DNA of 48,208 nt from Candidatus Kaiserbacteria bacterium CG10_big_fil_rev_8_21_14_0_10_59_10 (GCA_002773285.1 PFBM01000014.1:1-48208), one strand, 5' to 3'. Shown: positions 8,871 through 19,202, counted from the first letter of the stretch. Notes: a model not told the origin generated them from the sequence alone. Translations and numbers: made by a program.

Positions 8871-8905
8871 AGAGGCGATCAGATCTGCCGTATGAGCGCT
8901 TCGTG

Positions 8906-11251
8906 CTACTCAAAGTTGAACGTGCCCGCGCGCATCTCCGCAATGAGCGCGCTGATATCCAGCGCGCTCGCCGGCGCGACTTCGCGCAGCGCTTCGAGCT
9001 CCTCTATCGCCTGTGCCCTCTGGCCTGCAGCATAGAGCGCAATTGCATACTGCACGCGCGCCTGCACGTCGTTTTGGTTCTGCTCTGCATATCCGCGGTA
9101 CAGACCCGCAATGCGCGCGAAGTCGCGCTTGCCTGCAAGGAGCGAGAGAATTCGCCTATCCGGCGCCTCTCCCCGCGCGACGAGCGGCGCAAGAAGCTCG
9201 TCGCCCAGCGTGTTGCGCCCTGTTTCGAACGCAGTCAGTGCATACAGTACGCGCGCCTCGCGATACGCCGGCGCCAGATTGTACGCCTCTTCGAAGTGTC
9301 GCAGTGCTTCGTTCGCCTCGTCGCGCGAGAGCGCGTTCACGCCGAGCTGAAATAGAACGGCTTGCTTGCGCGGGCTCAGCTCGCGCGCACGCTCCAAGAC
9401 GGGCTTCGCCTCGTCGTGAAATCCCGCACTGTCGAGAAATCCTCCGAAGAGCAGCAGGAACCGAAGCGTGTGCGGCATTTCCTCCATCTGCTGCCGCATT
9501 TCATTTGCGGCGCTGGCAAGGAACTCCCGCTTCACCTCTTGCGGGAAATCCGCCGCAAGCACACGCGACGCGAATTGAAGCAGCTGCTCGCGCGCTTCCT
9601 GTGTGCCGAAGGTATCGCGCTCTATCGCCTCATTGAAAAACGCGAGGTTGCTCATGATGTCCTGTTGCGGAGATATCGCGCGGATGATGGCGCGATTCGC
9701 GGCTAGCGCGTCCGCATTCACATACCACGCGACGCCCCATGCGCCCACGACGGCAAAAAGGGCGAGTATCGGCAATGCACCGCGCGAGAGCGTGTGCTTC
9801 TCAAGGAGCGGGGGCGCACCCTGGTGCGCGCGCGCCGCGATATAGGCGAGCACCGTGACGAACAACATGTAGCTCGTAATGTTGTCAAAGACGGTGAGAT
9901 TGTTGAAGAAGTAGCCGGCGAGAAGCCCCGTGAGTATGGCGCGTTCGTATGCGGCAAAGGCGGGCGAGCGCCAGAGGGCCCAGAGCGCCGCAGCGAAGAG
10001 CGCGAGGTAGCCGAGAAGACCGAATACGCCTCCGGCAATGAGCCAATCAAACACCGCATTGTGCACGCGGTCGAACCACGGCTCCTGCGCATACATGCGC
10101 GGGTCGTAGTATTTGTCGAAGACCACCGCGTAATTCTCCTGCCCCCACCCCAGCACGGGCCGCTCTTTGAACCCCTCCCACGCAATGCCCCAGTTAAGGA
10201 ATCGTGCAGTAACCGTCGTCTCGGAAAGCGAGATGGAGGCAAGACGCTGCAGCGGCTCCACCTTTTGCACCCAGGCGGCGTCCCGCGCGAACCACAGGCC
10301 TCCCGCCATGACGAGCGCGACAGCGAGCAGAACAACAATGCGCTTCAAGAGCCGCGCCCGGGGCGCCTGCACGATATACGCGAGCGCCGCCACAAGCGCT
10401 CCTACGGCGAGCCCCAGCATGGCGCCGCGCGCGAGCGTGAAGGCAAGGATGAATGTAAACAGCGCGAGCGCGAGCGCGAGCGCCACGCGCGCGAGCGCAT
10501 AGCTTCCGGAGCGCATCCACGCGTAGAGCCAAACACCCAGAGAAATGATGACGAGAACGACACTCGCGCCGCTCTCATGCGCTTGCGACACCGCGTACGC
10601 ATGCCACACGGCAAATACCTGCAGCGCCGCCGCCGCGCCAAAGAGCGCCGCGGGGTTGCCGATGCCCTTCCCCTCTATCTTCTCGCGCCCCCATACCAGC
10701 GCGGCGATAAAGATGTGGAAGAGCATGTAGACGGCAAGGTAGATGGCGTTCCCCAAAGTCGCGTCGAGGCGCACCCCGCCTTGATTGATGGTGATGAATC
10801 CCGCCAGTTGCAGCATGCCGTAGAGCCCGACGAACACCGCAACAGAGAGCGATACCTGCCAGAGCGCGTTCCACAGCCGCTCCGTGTTGAGGATAGATAC
10901 GGCAGCGAGAAAGTATGCAAAGAGATGCGCCAAAGTCACCCAGCCCTCCATCCGCTCAAAGTTGGACCAAATGCTTTTCTCCGGATACACGCCAAAAAGC
11001 GCCGCCGCACCGATGACGAGTAAGAAGAACGCGAAGGCGAGCAGTACCCAATTCCATCGCGGCCGATACTCGGGATTCACCGCGGCAAGCGCAAGCCAGG
11101 CAAAAAAGACCACCTCCGTAATGAGCCGGAACACGAAACCCTTCCCCGTGATGAACGGAAAAAAGAGCGCACTCGAGACATAGAGCACGACAAAAGGGAG
11201 CGCAAACACCCCCGCCAGGACGATATTCCGCAGCCCCCTCTCAAGCGCCAT
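8906..11251 (-). CDS. O-antigen ligase / O-oligosaccharyltransferase-like (Wzy_C) membrane protein with C-terminal TPRs
   Basis: Many TM helices. Motifs ATLGNAIYLA, ERPVLGWGQENY and FDRVHNAVFDWLIAGG. TPR-like helical repeats at the C-terminus. Start set at MALERGL. Confidence 0.88.
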   Translation of the reverse strand: MALERGLRNIVLAGVFALPFVVLYVSSALFFPFITGKGFVFRLITEVVFFAWLALAAVNPEYRPRWNWVLLAFAFFLLVIGAAALFGVYPEKSIWSNFERMEGWVTLAHLFAYFLAAVSILNTERLWNALWQVSLSVAVFVGLYGMLQLAGFITINQGGVRLDATLGNAIYLAVYMLFHIFIAALVWGREKIEGKGIGNPAALFGAAAALQVFAVWHAYAVSQAHESGASVVLVIISLGVWLYAWMRSGSYALARVALALALALFTFILAFTLARGAMLGLAVGALVAALAYIVQAPRARLLKRIVVLLAVALVMAGGLWFARDAAWVQKVEPLQRLASISLSETTVTARFLNWGIAWEGFKERPVLGWGQENYAVVFDKYYDPRMYAQEPWFDRVHNAVFDWLIAGGVFGLLGYLALFAAALWALWRSPAFAAYERAILTGLLAGYFFNNLTVFDNITSYMLFVTVLAYIAARAHQGAPPLLEKHTLSRGALPILALFAVVGAWGVAWYVNADALAANRAIIRAISPQQDIMSNLAFFNEAIERDTFGTQEAREQLLQFASRVLAADFPQEVKREFLASAANEMRQQMEEMPHTLRFLLLFGGFLDSAGFHDEAKPVLERARELSPRKQAVLFQLGVNALSRDEANEALRHFEEAYNLAPAYREARVLYALTAFETGRNTLGDELLAPLVARGEAPDRRILSLLAGKRDFARIAGLYRGYAEQNQNDVQARVQYAIALYAAGQRAQAIEELEALREVAPASALDISALIAEMRAGTFNFE

Positions 11252-11345
11252 CACCGGGATTGTATCACGCATGACGTGGTGCTTAAGATGCATCGAGGTC
11301 TCGGGGTTGTTTCCCCGTGCTCCTTTTTGTTGCGTCATGCCTCGG

Positions 11346-12371
11346 CTACTCCACGTCTTGCTCAAGAATCAACTCATCCGAGGCAATGCTGCGTAGCGAT
11401 TTCTTGCCTAGTACCGAATCTAACTTATCTGGGCCAAGGCCGGTACCCGGTCGCTTCAGTGCGATTTTCTCCCTCGTTATAACCTCGCCTTTTCTCACAT
11501 CAACCGCTGCTACGATACTCTGTCGTGCCCACTTCCGCGCCGCATCGAGCTCTGCCGCCCTTGCACGAGACGAATGTTCCATCGATGCCTCTATGTCGCG
11601 TATCTGCTGGACCATTACGACCAGCTCTTCGGGGGTGGTAGAGACCGGGCAATCAAAGGAGCGCGTGTCCGTTTTATCGAACGATTGATGTTTTTCTATC
11701 ATCGAGGCGCCCAGCGCAACGGCTGCGAGCGGTATATGCCACCCGACCGTGTGATCGGAATATCCTATGGGGTAGTCGAACATATCCTTATAACGCGTTA
11801 TCATCCGCAGGTCGCTTTTCTCCGGCGGAGTAGGATATACCGTGTTGCAGTGAAGGATTACGATCTCACGGCAACCGCCGCGTTCAAGTGCGGCGACGGA
11901 CGTACGAACCTCATCCTCCGTTTTGTGGAGACCGAAGGAAATAACGACGGGCTTCCCGCGCGATCCCACGCTCTCAAGAAACTCAAGGTTTAAGGATTCG
12001 CCTGAACCGACTTTAAAGAACGGGGCGTTAAGCTCCTTATCTAGAAAATCGAGGTCCACTTCCGTATGCGCCGTAATAAAACACTGTATGCCCCGTTTCT
12101 TGGCGTAGGTGTAGAGTTTGGCGAGTTCATCGTGACTCAGTTCTTTATATTTGAGCCGATCATACCAGTAGGGCGACACTTTCCGCGAAATGAGCACCTC
12201 GGTAGTTTGGGCTTGGAACTTAATGGCGTCACATTTGGCAATTGCAGCCGCATCTATTTGCTTCTTTGCTAACTGTACATCTCCCCAGTTGGTAAGGCCC
12301 CCCTCAGATACGATATAGACGGGTTCTCCTTCTCCCACTGCGCGTCCTGCGAGTAGAACCTTTTTTGCCAT
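11346..12371 (-). CDS. neuB: NeuB-family nonulosonic acid synthase with SAF domain
   Basis: DAIKFQ, FKVGSGE, LHCNTVYPTP, GYSDHT, IEKH, and SAF domain LKRPGTGL. Start at MAKKVLL. Confidence 0.9.
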   Translation of the reverse strand: MAKKVLLAGRAVGEGEPVYIVSEGGLTNWGDVQLAKKQIDAAAIAKCDAIKFQAQTTEVLISRKVSPYWYDRLKYKELSHDELAKLYTYAKKRGIQCFITAHTEVDLDFLDKELNAPFFKVGSGESLNLEFLESVGSRGKPVVISFGLHKTEDEVRTSVAALERGGCREIVILHCNTVYPTPPEKSDLRMITRYKDMFDYPIGYSDHTVGWHIPLAAVALGASMIEKHQSFDKTDTRSFDCPVSTTPEELVVMVQQIRDIEASMEHSSRARAAELDAARKWARQSIVAAVDVRKGEVITREKIALKRPGTGLGPDKLDSVLGKKSLRSIASDELILEQDVE

Positions 12372-12408
12372 ACATACACTATATCGTACACACAAAAGAC
12401 CCCGATGG

Positions 12409-13578
12409 TTACTCCGTTTTAGATACCCACAAAACACGCGGCATAATGATCTCTTCGTTGATGAGATCTTTGTGCTCAATGATCTTCGCAAGCATGCTTT
12501 CTACGAGCACATCCGAGAGCAGATGCGGCTTGAGACCAAGCTTCGGAAGCGCTCTGTGAACAGGGTTGTAATAGTGCTGTTCAAGCTCCGTACGAGGATT
12601 CCGTACATGCCGTATTTTTGCGCGGATGCCCATGTCCGCAGCGGCACTCTTCACTTTTTCTGCAAGCTCTCTGATGCTGAACACTTCTGTAAATTGATTA
12701 AATACGCGGAACTCGCCCTTTTTGGCCGGATGCAAAGCCGCCAATTCCACGCATCGAAGCGTATCAACAATGTTGAGGAATCCGCGTTTCTGGCCACCTT
12801 TCCCATAGGGCGTAATGGGTACACCGGCCACCGCCTGTACACAGAAACGGTTCAGGGCGGTGCCAAAAATATCGTCGTAGTGGAAACTTGTGTGCAAACC
12901 GTCGGCAAGCTTCGTTTCTTCAGTTTCCATGCCGTACACCACACCCTGGTTGAGATCAGTCACCCGCAAACCCCACACGCGGCAGGCGAACTCGAGGTTA
13001 TTGCTGTCGTGCACTTTGGAGAGATGGTAAAAGGAACCGGGTTTTTTAGGAAATAGCATTCTGTCTTTTCTCCCCTTGTGCGTAATGGTTATCCACCCTT
13101 CTTCAATGTCTATGTTCGGTGTTCCATATTCGCCCATAGTACCCAGCTTGATGAGATGCGCCTCGGGTGTACTGCGCTTCATCGAGTAGATGACGTTCAG
13201 CGTGCCAACGACGTTGTTTATCTGCGTCTCATTCGTACGCTCGTTCCCCATCATGGAAAACGGGGCGGACGGCTGCTCGCCATAGTGAATGATGACGTCC
13301 GGCTTGAAATCCCGGAAAATACGGGCAACGAAGCGCTCGTGTGCCAAGTTTCCGACGTACATCCTTATCTTTTTACCCGTCGCTTGCTTCCAGATGCGAA
13401 TGCGCTGCTGGAGCGAAGGGATAGGGATAAGGGGTTCCGCCTCTACTTCCGCCTCCCACTGGCGTTTTATAAAATTATCGACGACCGCGACGTCGTGTCC
13501 CTTCCGGGAGAAATACATGGCGGTCGGCCAGCCCAAGTAGCCGTCACCGCCGAGAATAAGCACCTTTTTCTTGACCAT
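12409..13578 (-). CDS. sqdB: UDP-sulfoquinovose synthase (SqdB/SQD1/Agl3 family)
   Basis: LGGDGYLGWPTA, HYGEQPSAPFSM, LIKLGTMGEYGTPNIDIEEG, PGSFYHLSKVHDS and TDLNQGVVYG are hallmark SqdB motifs. Confidence 0.93.
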   Translation of the reverse strand: MVKKKVLILGGDGYLGWPTAMYFSRKGHDVAVVDNFIKRQWEAEVEAEPLIPIPSLQQRIRIWKQATGKKIRMYVGNLAHERFVARIFRDFKPDVIIHYGEQPSAPFSMMGNERTNETQINNVVGTLNVIYSMKRSTPEAHLIKLGTMGEYGTPNIDIEEGWITITHKGRKDRMLFPKKPGSFYHLSKVHDSNNLEFACRVWGLRVTDLNQGVVYGMETEETKLADGLHTSFHYDDIFGTALNRFCVQAVAGVPITPYGKGGQKRGFLNIVDTLRCVELAALHPAKKGEFRVFNQFTEVFSIRELAEKVKSAAADMGIRAKIRHVRNPRTELEQHYYNPVHRALPKLGLKPHLLSDVLVESMLAKIIEHKDLINEEIIMPRVLWVSKTE

Positions 13579-13632
13579 AATGTTCCGCACCACAGTATCA
13601 GAAGTCGCCCCTTTTGCAATTTCCGAACCGGG

Positions 13633-14559
13633 TCATTGACCCCGCAAGTGGTCAACTGTTTTTGCGACTCCCTCCTCTACGCTGTATCGCGGGGTCCATC
13701 GCAAATATTGTTTTGCACGCTTATTGGACAGAATACTGCGCTTCACCTCGCCTCGGATGGCAGGCTTAAAGACCAGTTTCGCCTTTTTGCCTATAAATCT
13801 CTCGATGAGCCGTATTACGCGGATGACGCTTGTTTCCACTCCGCCGCTGATATTACACACTAGGTAGTTCCTTTTTCTGCGGCTTAGCGCGCGTACGTTT
13901 GCCCGCGCAACATCCTCGACATAAACAAAATCGCGGGTCTGTTTGCCATTTCCGTTTATATATATTTTCTTGCCGTCACGCACCCGCTGTATGAATGACG
14001 TGACGGCGCCTACGTGCTCTTTCCGCTCGTTGCGAGGTCCGTATACATTACTGTAGCGAAGGATGACGACAGGCAAATCATGTACGTGATGGTAGTAATA
14101 AAGGTACTTTTCACCGGCGAGCTTTGCGACGCCATACGGTGAGATGGGATTTGCGGGCATGTCTTCGACGCATGGCAGTGTCTTTGCGTTCCCGTAGAGC
14201 GCACCGCCGGTCGACGAAAATACGAACTTTTTTACCGGATACTTCTTCGAAGCCAGCTCAAGAAGATGCACAAGCCCAAGAATGTTCGACGTAATGTCCG
14301 CGTACGGATCCGAGAGGGACTCGCGCATGTTTGTCTTTGCTGCCAAGTGACATATTGCATCAAACCTCTCCTTTTTGAATACGTGTTCCAGTTTAGGACT
14401 CGTGAGCGCAACCTTATAGCACTTCACTCCCTGGTGCACATTCATCCGGTGGCCCGACGAAAGGTCATCAACTATAACGACGCGGTGTCCACCTTTTAGG
14501 AGCGCGTCCACGACGTGCGAGCCGACGAACCCCGCCCCCCCTGTAACTAGTACTTTCAT
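13633..14559 (-). CDS. NAD-dependent epimerase (UDP-glucose 4-epimerase-like)
   Basis: VTGGAGFVGS, SSTGGALYG, YGVAK, LRYSNVYGPR, QTRDFVYV. Confidence 0.9.
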   Translation of the reverse strand: MKVLVTGGAGFVGSHVVDALLKGGHRVVIVDDLSSGHRMNVHQGVKCYKVALTSPKLEHVFKKERFDAICHLAAKTNMRESLSDPYADITSNILGLVHLLELASKKYPVKKFVFSSTGGALYGNAKTLPCVEDMPANPISPYGVAKLAGEKYLYYYHHVHDLPVVILRYSNVYGPRNERKEHVGAVTSFIQRVRDGKKIYINGNGKQTRDFVYVEDVARANVRALSRRKRNYLVCNISGGVETSVIRVIRLIERFIGKKAKLVFKPAIRGEVKRSILSNKRAKQYLRWTPRYSVEEGVAKTVDHLRGQ

Positions 14560-14560
14560 A

Positions 14561-15715
14561 TCAATATGTTATTCGTTTTCTCAATAACGTCCCGCCAAGC
14601 TGCACCGTGCGCAGCACGTGCGCGATGCGCTCGCCTGCCCTCCCCCTTCCGAACAGATAATGATTCCTGCATCTTTTCTTGAATGTCGGCGACGTCGCGA
14701 GATTAATCGCGGAAAAAACCTTGGCTGTGGTCGGCTCTTCGACCGCTATGATATTCGTATCGCGTACGCGTCCGTCCTGCCGATGACCGACGGTTATGGA
14801 CGGTAGGTTGAAATACGGTGTTTCCATGAGTCCGCTCGAAGAGTTCCCTACCATAACGCTGGCTCCTGCCATCAACCCCCAGAAGTCCTCCGCCTGTATG
14901 TTCTTGTGCACACTGAACTGGGGTACATTCTCGAATTCCTTAAGTGCCTTCAAGACGAGTGAGTACCCTTGATCGTTGCAGGGCCACACGATAAGCGTGC
15001 GCCATCCTTTTTTCTTAAGCGCCATGTATACGGCTCTTGCCTCTCGGTAAGAATGTTCTTCGTCCAATGTAGTCGGGTGCTGGATGCAGATACAGTACGG
15101 CTCGTCCGGCTTGATACCATATTTCTTCCTCACGATACGCTCCGGCGTATAATCACCCCTGACGACCAGATCGATATAGGTGGAACCGTAATCAAACACG
15201 CGCCACTCCTCTTCCCCGAGGTTCAGAATACGCTCATACGCGTCCCTATTCGCGGGGAAGTGCAGATGCGCCAGCTTTGTGACCGCATGAATGCGCACGC
15301 CGTCCCGATTTCCCGAGACATCGCCTCCCAGAATATGTGCAACGGGAATATTCAGCTCCAGGGCGGCCATACATGCCGCTAAAACTTCCCCGCGGTCGCC
15401 CAGGGTCACCAGTATGTCCGGCTTCGTACGGGCAAAAACTTCCAACAGCCCGTCCACCGTGCGCGCGAGGGCTTTTCCCCGCTCAAGATGAGAGTCCCCT
15501 TTTTGTTTTGTCGGAACTCGGACAGTTTTCCCGTACCATTTCTCCACCTCCTTGACCGTCCCGCCAAAAAAAGAAGAGAGGTGCATATCAGTGGCGATCG
15601 GCACAACCTTGACGGCCGGATCGCGCCGCAGTGACTGGACAAGCGTTATCATGGCGCCGGAGCCCCCACGCTTGCCTGTGAGTACGGCAATAACTCTTTT
15701 TTTTACTTTAGCCAT
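14561..15715 (-). CDS. neuC: Hydrolysing UDP-GlcNAc 2-epimerase (NeuC/LegG family)
   Basis: MHLS..FG, LGDRGE, HAVTKLAHLHF, VGNSSSG, GHRQDGR; neighbours neuB and neuA. Confidence 0.88.
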   Translation of the reverse strand: MAKVKKRVIAVLTGKRGGSGAMITLVQSLRRDPAVKVVPIATDMHLSSFFGGTVKEVEKWYGKTVRVPTKQKGDSHLERGKALARTVDGLLEVFARTKPDILVTLGDRGEVLAACMAALELNIPVAHILGGDVSGNRDGVRIHAVTKLAHLHFPANRDAYERILNLGEEEWRVFDYGSTYIDLVVRGDYTPERIVRKKYGIKPDEPYCICIQHPTTLDEEHSYREARAVYMALKKKGWRTLIVWPCNDQGYSLVLKALKEFENVPQFSVHKNIQAEDFWGLMAGASVMVGNSSSGLMETPYFNLPSITVGHRQDGRVRDTNIIAVEEPTTAKVFSAINLATSPTFKKRCRNHYLFGRGRAGERIAHVLRTVQLGGTLLRKRITY

Positions 15716-15782
15716 AAACGGCAAACGTATACTACGCACTACGACGCAACCGCGCAACAAAACGGTATCGCTTGGATTTGCC

Positions 15783-16475
15783 TTACTTCTTCAACCGGAG
15801 AAAGGCCTCTATCCTCTCGAGATCATCCTTATAATCGATGTCAGAAGAGTACTTGGCGGCAACAATGATCGGGTACGTTTTGTTGCCCTCCATCTTCCCT
15901 TCTCGCATCACTGTTTCATAACTCGCGAGCCACAGATTCGCCGCGCGATAGAACTTCGGCCGGTCTTTTCCGGTCACCGTATAGTGGAGTTCGTTTTGCC
16001 AAAAGCGCACCGTGCCATCGGCTGCCATTTCCCGTACATTGTACGGATGGTTGACCGTATCGACTTCCGATACGTTGACGACCGAATCCGCGCCCTTCTC
16101 CTTCGCCAGCGCGACAGCTGCGTCTATCTGTTCCGGTTCGATAAGCGGCGTCGTCGGCTGAAGCAGGACGACGTAGTCGGCGCGGTAGCCATTTTCCTTC
16201 TCCAATTCCGTGAGGACATGCTTCACCGCTTCGATCACGGGGCTTGCGTCTGTCGCGAGCTCTGCAGGGCGTATGATGACCTCTGCACCATACTCTTTCG
16301 CGACCCGCGCTATTTCTTCGCTGTCCGTAGACACGATGACGCGTTCGACTTCTTTTGCCCGCTTCGCCGATTCTATCGGCCAGGCAACGAGCGGTTTTCC
16401 GCCGAGAAGCGCCACGTTCTTGCCGGGAAATCGCTTGCTTCCCCCGCGTGCAGGTATCACCGCAATGCAGTTCAT
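15783..16475 (-). CDS. neuA: Acylneuraminate cytidylyltransferase (CMP-nonulosonate synthetase)
   Basis: IPARGGSKRFPGKN, VSTDSEEI, LLQPTTPL, DIDYKDD. Confidence 0.92.
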   Translation of the reverse strand: MNCIAVIPARGGSKRFPGKNVALLGGKPLVAWPIESAKRAKEVERVIVSTDSEEIARVAKEYGAEVIIRPAELATDASPVIEAVKHVLTELEKENGYRADYVVLLQPTTPLIEPEQIDAAVALAKEKGADSVVNVSEVDTVNHPYNVREMAADGTVRFWQNELHYTVTGKDRPKFYRAANLWLASYETVMREGKMEGNKTYPIIVAAKYSSDIDYKDDLERIEAFLRLKK

Positions 16476-17836
16476 AATGATAGTATCTCACGTATTCGGA
16501 AGGCAAGGCGTTCCGCACTTTTCCCGTCGGTAAAATGCACTTGCTCACGCACGAGCGTACGCCTCCCCTCGGTGTCGAGCGCGGGATTTGCATGGTAGGC
16601 GGCAACCGCATCAAGCAGCTCGGCCCGGTCTCGAACGACGCGCACAGCGCCTGTCGCAACGACATTGCTGAAGTGATTCGTGCAATAGTACCGCTCCACT
16701 GAAAGGTAGAACGGCAATTTCTTTTCTCCGTCGAACGCTATGCCTATAGAGGGGCGGTCGAGAATAGCCGCTTCCAGGACTAATGTCGAGGCCATCGTTA
16801 TGAGGGCATCGGCATGAAAGATGGAATTGACGAGGTGTTGTATGTCATCCGTTTCGAATTCCCACCCTCCGGCTGTGTCTTGGATACGTTTGCCCGGCAT
16901 ATCGACGATAACGTTCGAGAGTTCGCTCGCTCGCTCGCACCATGGATAATTCGGATGCGGACGGTAGAGGACCTTTGTGCGTGCATAGCGGGGATCGGAA
17001 CCCATCGCATTCGCTAGCGCCGAGAGAACTTCGCACTCACCGGGAAAAAGGTCCAGGCCCTCGCCGCCAAAGAGTACATAGTGCTCAGTCGGCGCAACCC
17101 CGATCGTACGGAGAAACTCATCTCGCGGCATGAGAATGTTTTTATGGAAGTAGAAATCGAACTGGGGAATGCCGCACACCGTTACCCGCTGCTCGGGGTA
17201 ATCCATGTACGAGACAGCTTCACGACGCAGTAACTCGTTCTGCACCAAGAGGTGGTCCGGATGCACCGCTAAAAAGCACTTTGATGTAATACTGTCCCAT
17301 GACTTAGTCATACCGACAATGCGCACACCCTTTCTGCGTGCTGCTTTCATGAGCCCGAGATCCATGCGATCGTACAGCGTCGTGGCAAAAACGAGATCCG
17401 GCTTATGCGTATCAATGATGGGCATATACGCCGAGCAGGGCGAGAATGAGTAGAGAAAGCGCAGGAAGCGCCGCCATGGCCGCACATGGCCGAGGAGCCA
17501 CATGGCACGCGTCGCACACAGCCAGAACCATCGCACGAAACCTCGCTTTGAATAGAACGCATGCATTTGCCGGTTGTAAATGGTTGTTGTGGGAATACTC
17601 TGGCGCAACACGCGATTTGCCCGCTCTTCGAATTTTTTATAACGATCAGTGGGCGCGGACTCTACAATAACGTCTGTGCGGCCCATGAATTCCTTTTTGT
17701 AATACTCCTCGCGATATGGCGGAACGAGTAGGATGACTCGCACTCCCCCACCTGAGAGCAGGGCCGCCAGGAACCCCGTCCGAAGTAGCCCGTAGGAAAC
17801 CGCTCCGTTCGGGATGGTTACAATGACGGTATGCAT
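16472..17836 (-). CDS. Putative GT-B fold transferase (glycerophosphotransferase / sialyltransferase-like)
   Basis: KSWDSITSK, CGIPQFDFY, YRPHP, ASTLVLEAAILDRP, DGKSAERL; adjacent to neuA. Confidence 0.6.
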   Translation of the reverse strand: MHTVIVTIPNGAVSYGLLRTGFLAALLSGGGVRVILLVPPYREEYYKKEFMGRTDVIVESAPTDRYKKFEERANRVLRQSIPTTTIYNRQMHAFYSKRGFVRWFWLCATRAMWLLGHVRPWRRFLRFLYSFSPCSAYMPIIDTHKPDLVFATTLYDRMDLGLMKAARRKGVRIVGMTKSWDSITSKCFLAVHPDHLLVQNELLRREAVSYMDYPEQRVTVCGIPQFDFYFHKNILMPRDEFLRTIGVAPTEHYVLFGGEGLDLFPGECEVLSALANAMGSDPRYARTKVLYRPHPNYPWCERASELSNVIVDMPGKRIQDTAGGWEFETDDIQHLVNSIFHADALITMASTLVLEAAILDRPSIGIAFDGEKKLPFYLSVERYYCTNHFSNVVATGAVRVVRDRAELLDAVAAYHANPALDTEGRRTLVREQVHFTDGKSAERLAFRIREILSL

Positions 17837-17846
17837 CCAGCCAATA

Positions 17847-19202
17847 CTAGCCCATTTTCCCGAGCTTCTCTATCGCATTCGCGGTGCGCTCCGTAGACCT
17901 GCCGTCAAACATGCCGAGACGCGCACGGTCGTCTCGCCGCGCCTCTCTTTCCTCGCCGGAAAGGACAAATCCCCGTGCCAGCTGCGCCTCGAGTTCTGGA
18001 AGCGTTCGCGCGCGCCGCACGGAAGCGTACGGTTGATAAAATTCGTCGAAGCTCCGAAGCCGGAGCTTATAGGCAATAACGGGCGCGTCCGTTGCGAGTG
18101 CGGCCATCACGAGAGAAGATGTGAACATGCATACAGCGTCCGCAATCGCTGTAAGCCGATATGCGTCCCACTGTGTGTGCACAAGCACCACGTTGCGAGT
18201 TTTGAGTACGCGAAGATACTCATTCCACTCACCCTCAGGAATGCCCGGGTGAAGCTTGATGGCCAGCGTGTGGTTGTCCGGTACAAATGTCTCTATGATG
18301 CCAAACACGCTCCTCAACTCCTCGCGGATCGCTGGAAATTCCGCTGGATCGTACGTTCCCCTGAAATGTGTACCGAGTACGAGAAAGATATTTTCGGCAC
18401 TCGCGTTGAACTCTCTCTCGAATGCGCGTTTCGTTCCGCTGCGATCCCGGCATATCCGAGCCACGATATCGTGCGGCGGAAACCCAACGACTTCCATGCA
18501 CCTTCTCTCCAAACCTTGCACGGCATTTTCCTCGAACTGTGCATTGGAGTTTACGAGTATTTTTGCGATGGCGGAGTTGGAACCGCGAACCCAAGGATTT
18601 TTCGGCAAGAGCGTCCTCCAGAAGAGGACGAACGGAAGGAGCGCGCGAGGTTGATAAAAATGCGCTTCTTTCCCATCGTTCATCCGTACGTTCGCCGAGT
18701 ACATCCTGTGTATTATCAAACGCGCGAGCCGACGGAACGCAGTCAAGTGCGGCACGATGGACGACTTGTCTTCCTTGAGCGCGTCGAGGCGCATAAGCGT
18801 CTCGACGGGCAGAAGAATAGCGGGAATAGTGAGCTTCGATGCAGCGCGGAGAGCTGCCAGGGGATAAAAAAGTGCACGATCATCGGTCACGACGAACACT
18901 TCCGCGCCGCTTCGCTTCAAGTATGCCTTCACGTACCGGTATGATACCCATGCCGAAATAAGCGTGCCGAAAAAGGGTATGTAGCGACCGGCTCGCACTG
19001 CCCGTGCGTGCCAACCGCCGTTAACAAAGCCGTCGATCTGCACGTCTGCGCCATTGAAGTCGCTTACGCGCCTGAAATATTCTTCGCTCGGCTCACGCAG
19101 TATGAGCACGCAGCAGGAGTGCCCCCGCCTTTTGAGTTCATCTCGCACGCAATCAAACATCCGTACGTAGTGCCAATTATGAGCGAAGAAACAGACTACC
19201 AT
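17847..19202 (-). CDS. Putative GT-B fold transferase (polysaccharide biosynthesis / sialyltransferase-like)
   Basis: VVGFPPHD, IKLHP, TSSLVMAAL and FDGRSTER resemble the previous gene. Confidence 0.55.
   Translation of the reverse strand: MVVCFFAHNWHYVRMFDCVRDELKRRGHSCCVLILREPSEEYFRRVSDFNGADVQIDGFVNGGWHARAVRAGRYIPFFGTLISAWVSYRYVKAYLKRSGAEVFVVTDDRALFYPLAALRAASKLTIPAILLPVETLMRLDALKEDKSSIVPHLTAFRRLARLIIHRMYSANVRMNDGKEAHFYQPRALLPFVLFWRTLLPKNPWVRGSNSAIAKILVNSNAQFEENAVQGLERRCMEVVGFPPHDIVARICRDRSGTKRAFEREFNASAENIFLVLGTHFRGTYDPAEFPAIREELRSVFGIIETFVPDNHTLAIKLHPGIPEGEWNEYLRVLKTRNVVLVHTQWDAYRLTAIADAVCMFTSSLVMAALATDAPVIAYKLRLRSFDEFYQPYASVRRARTLPELEAQLARGFVLSGEEREARRDDRARLGMFDGRSTERTANAIEKLGKMG

Noticed and set aside
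8490-8895. ORFs 8490-8870 (-) and 8659-8895 (+)
   Set aside because: No recognisable protein features, and they run across the REP and the structured segment.
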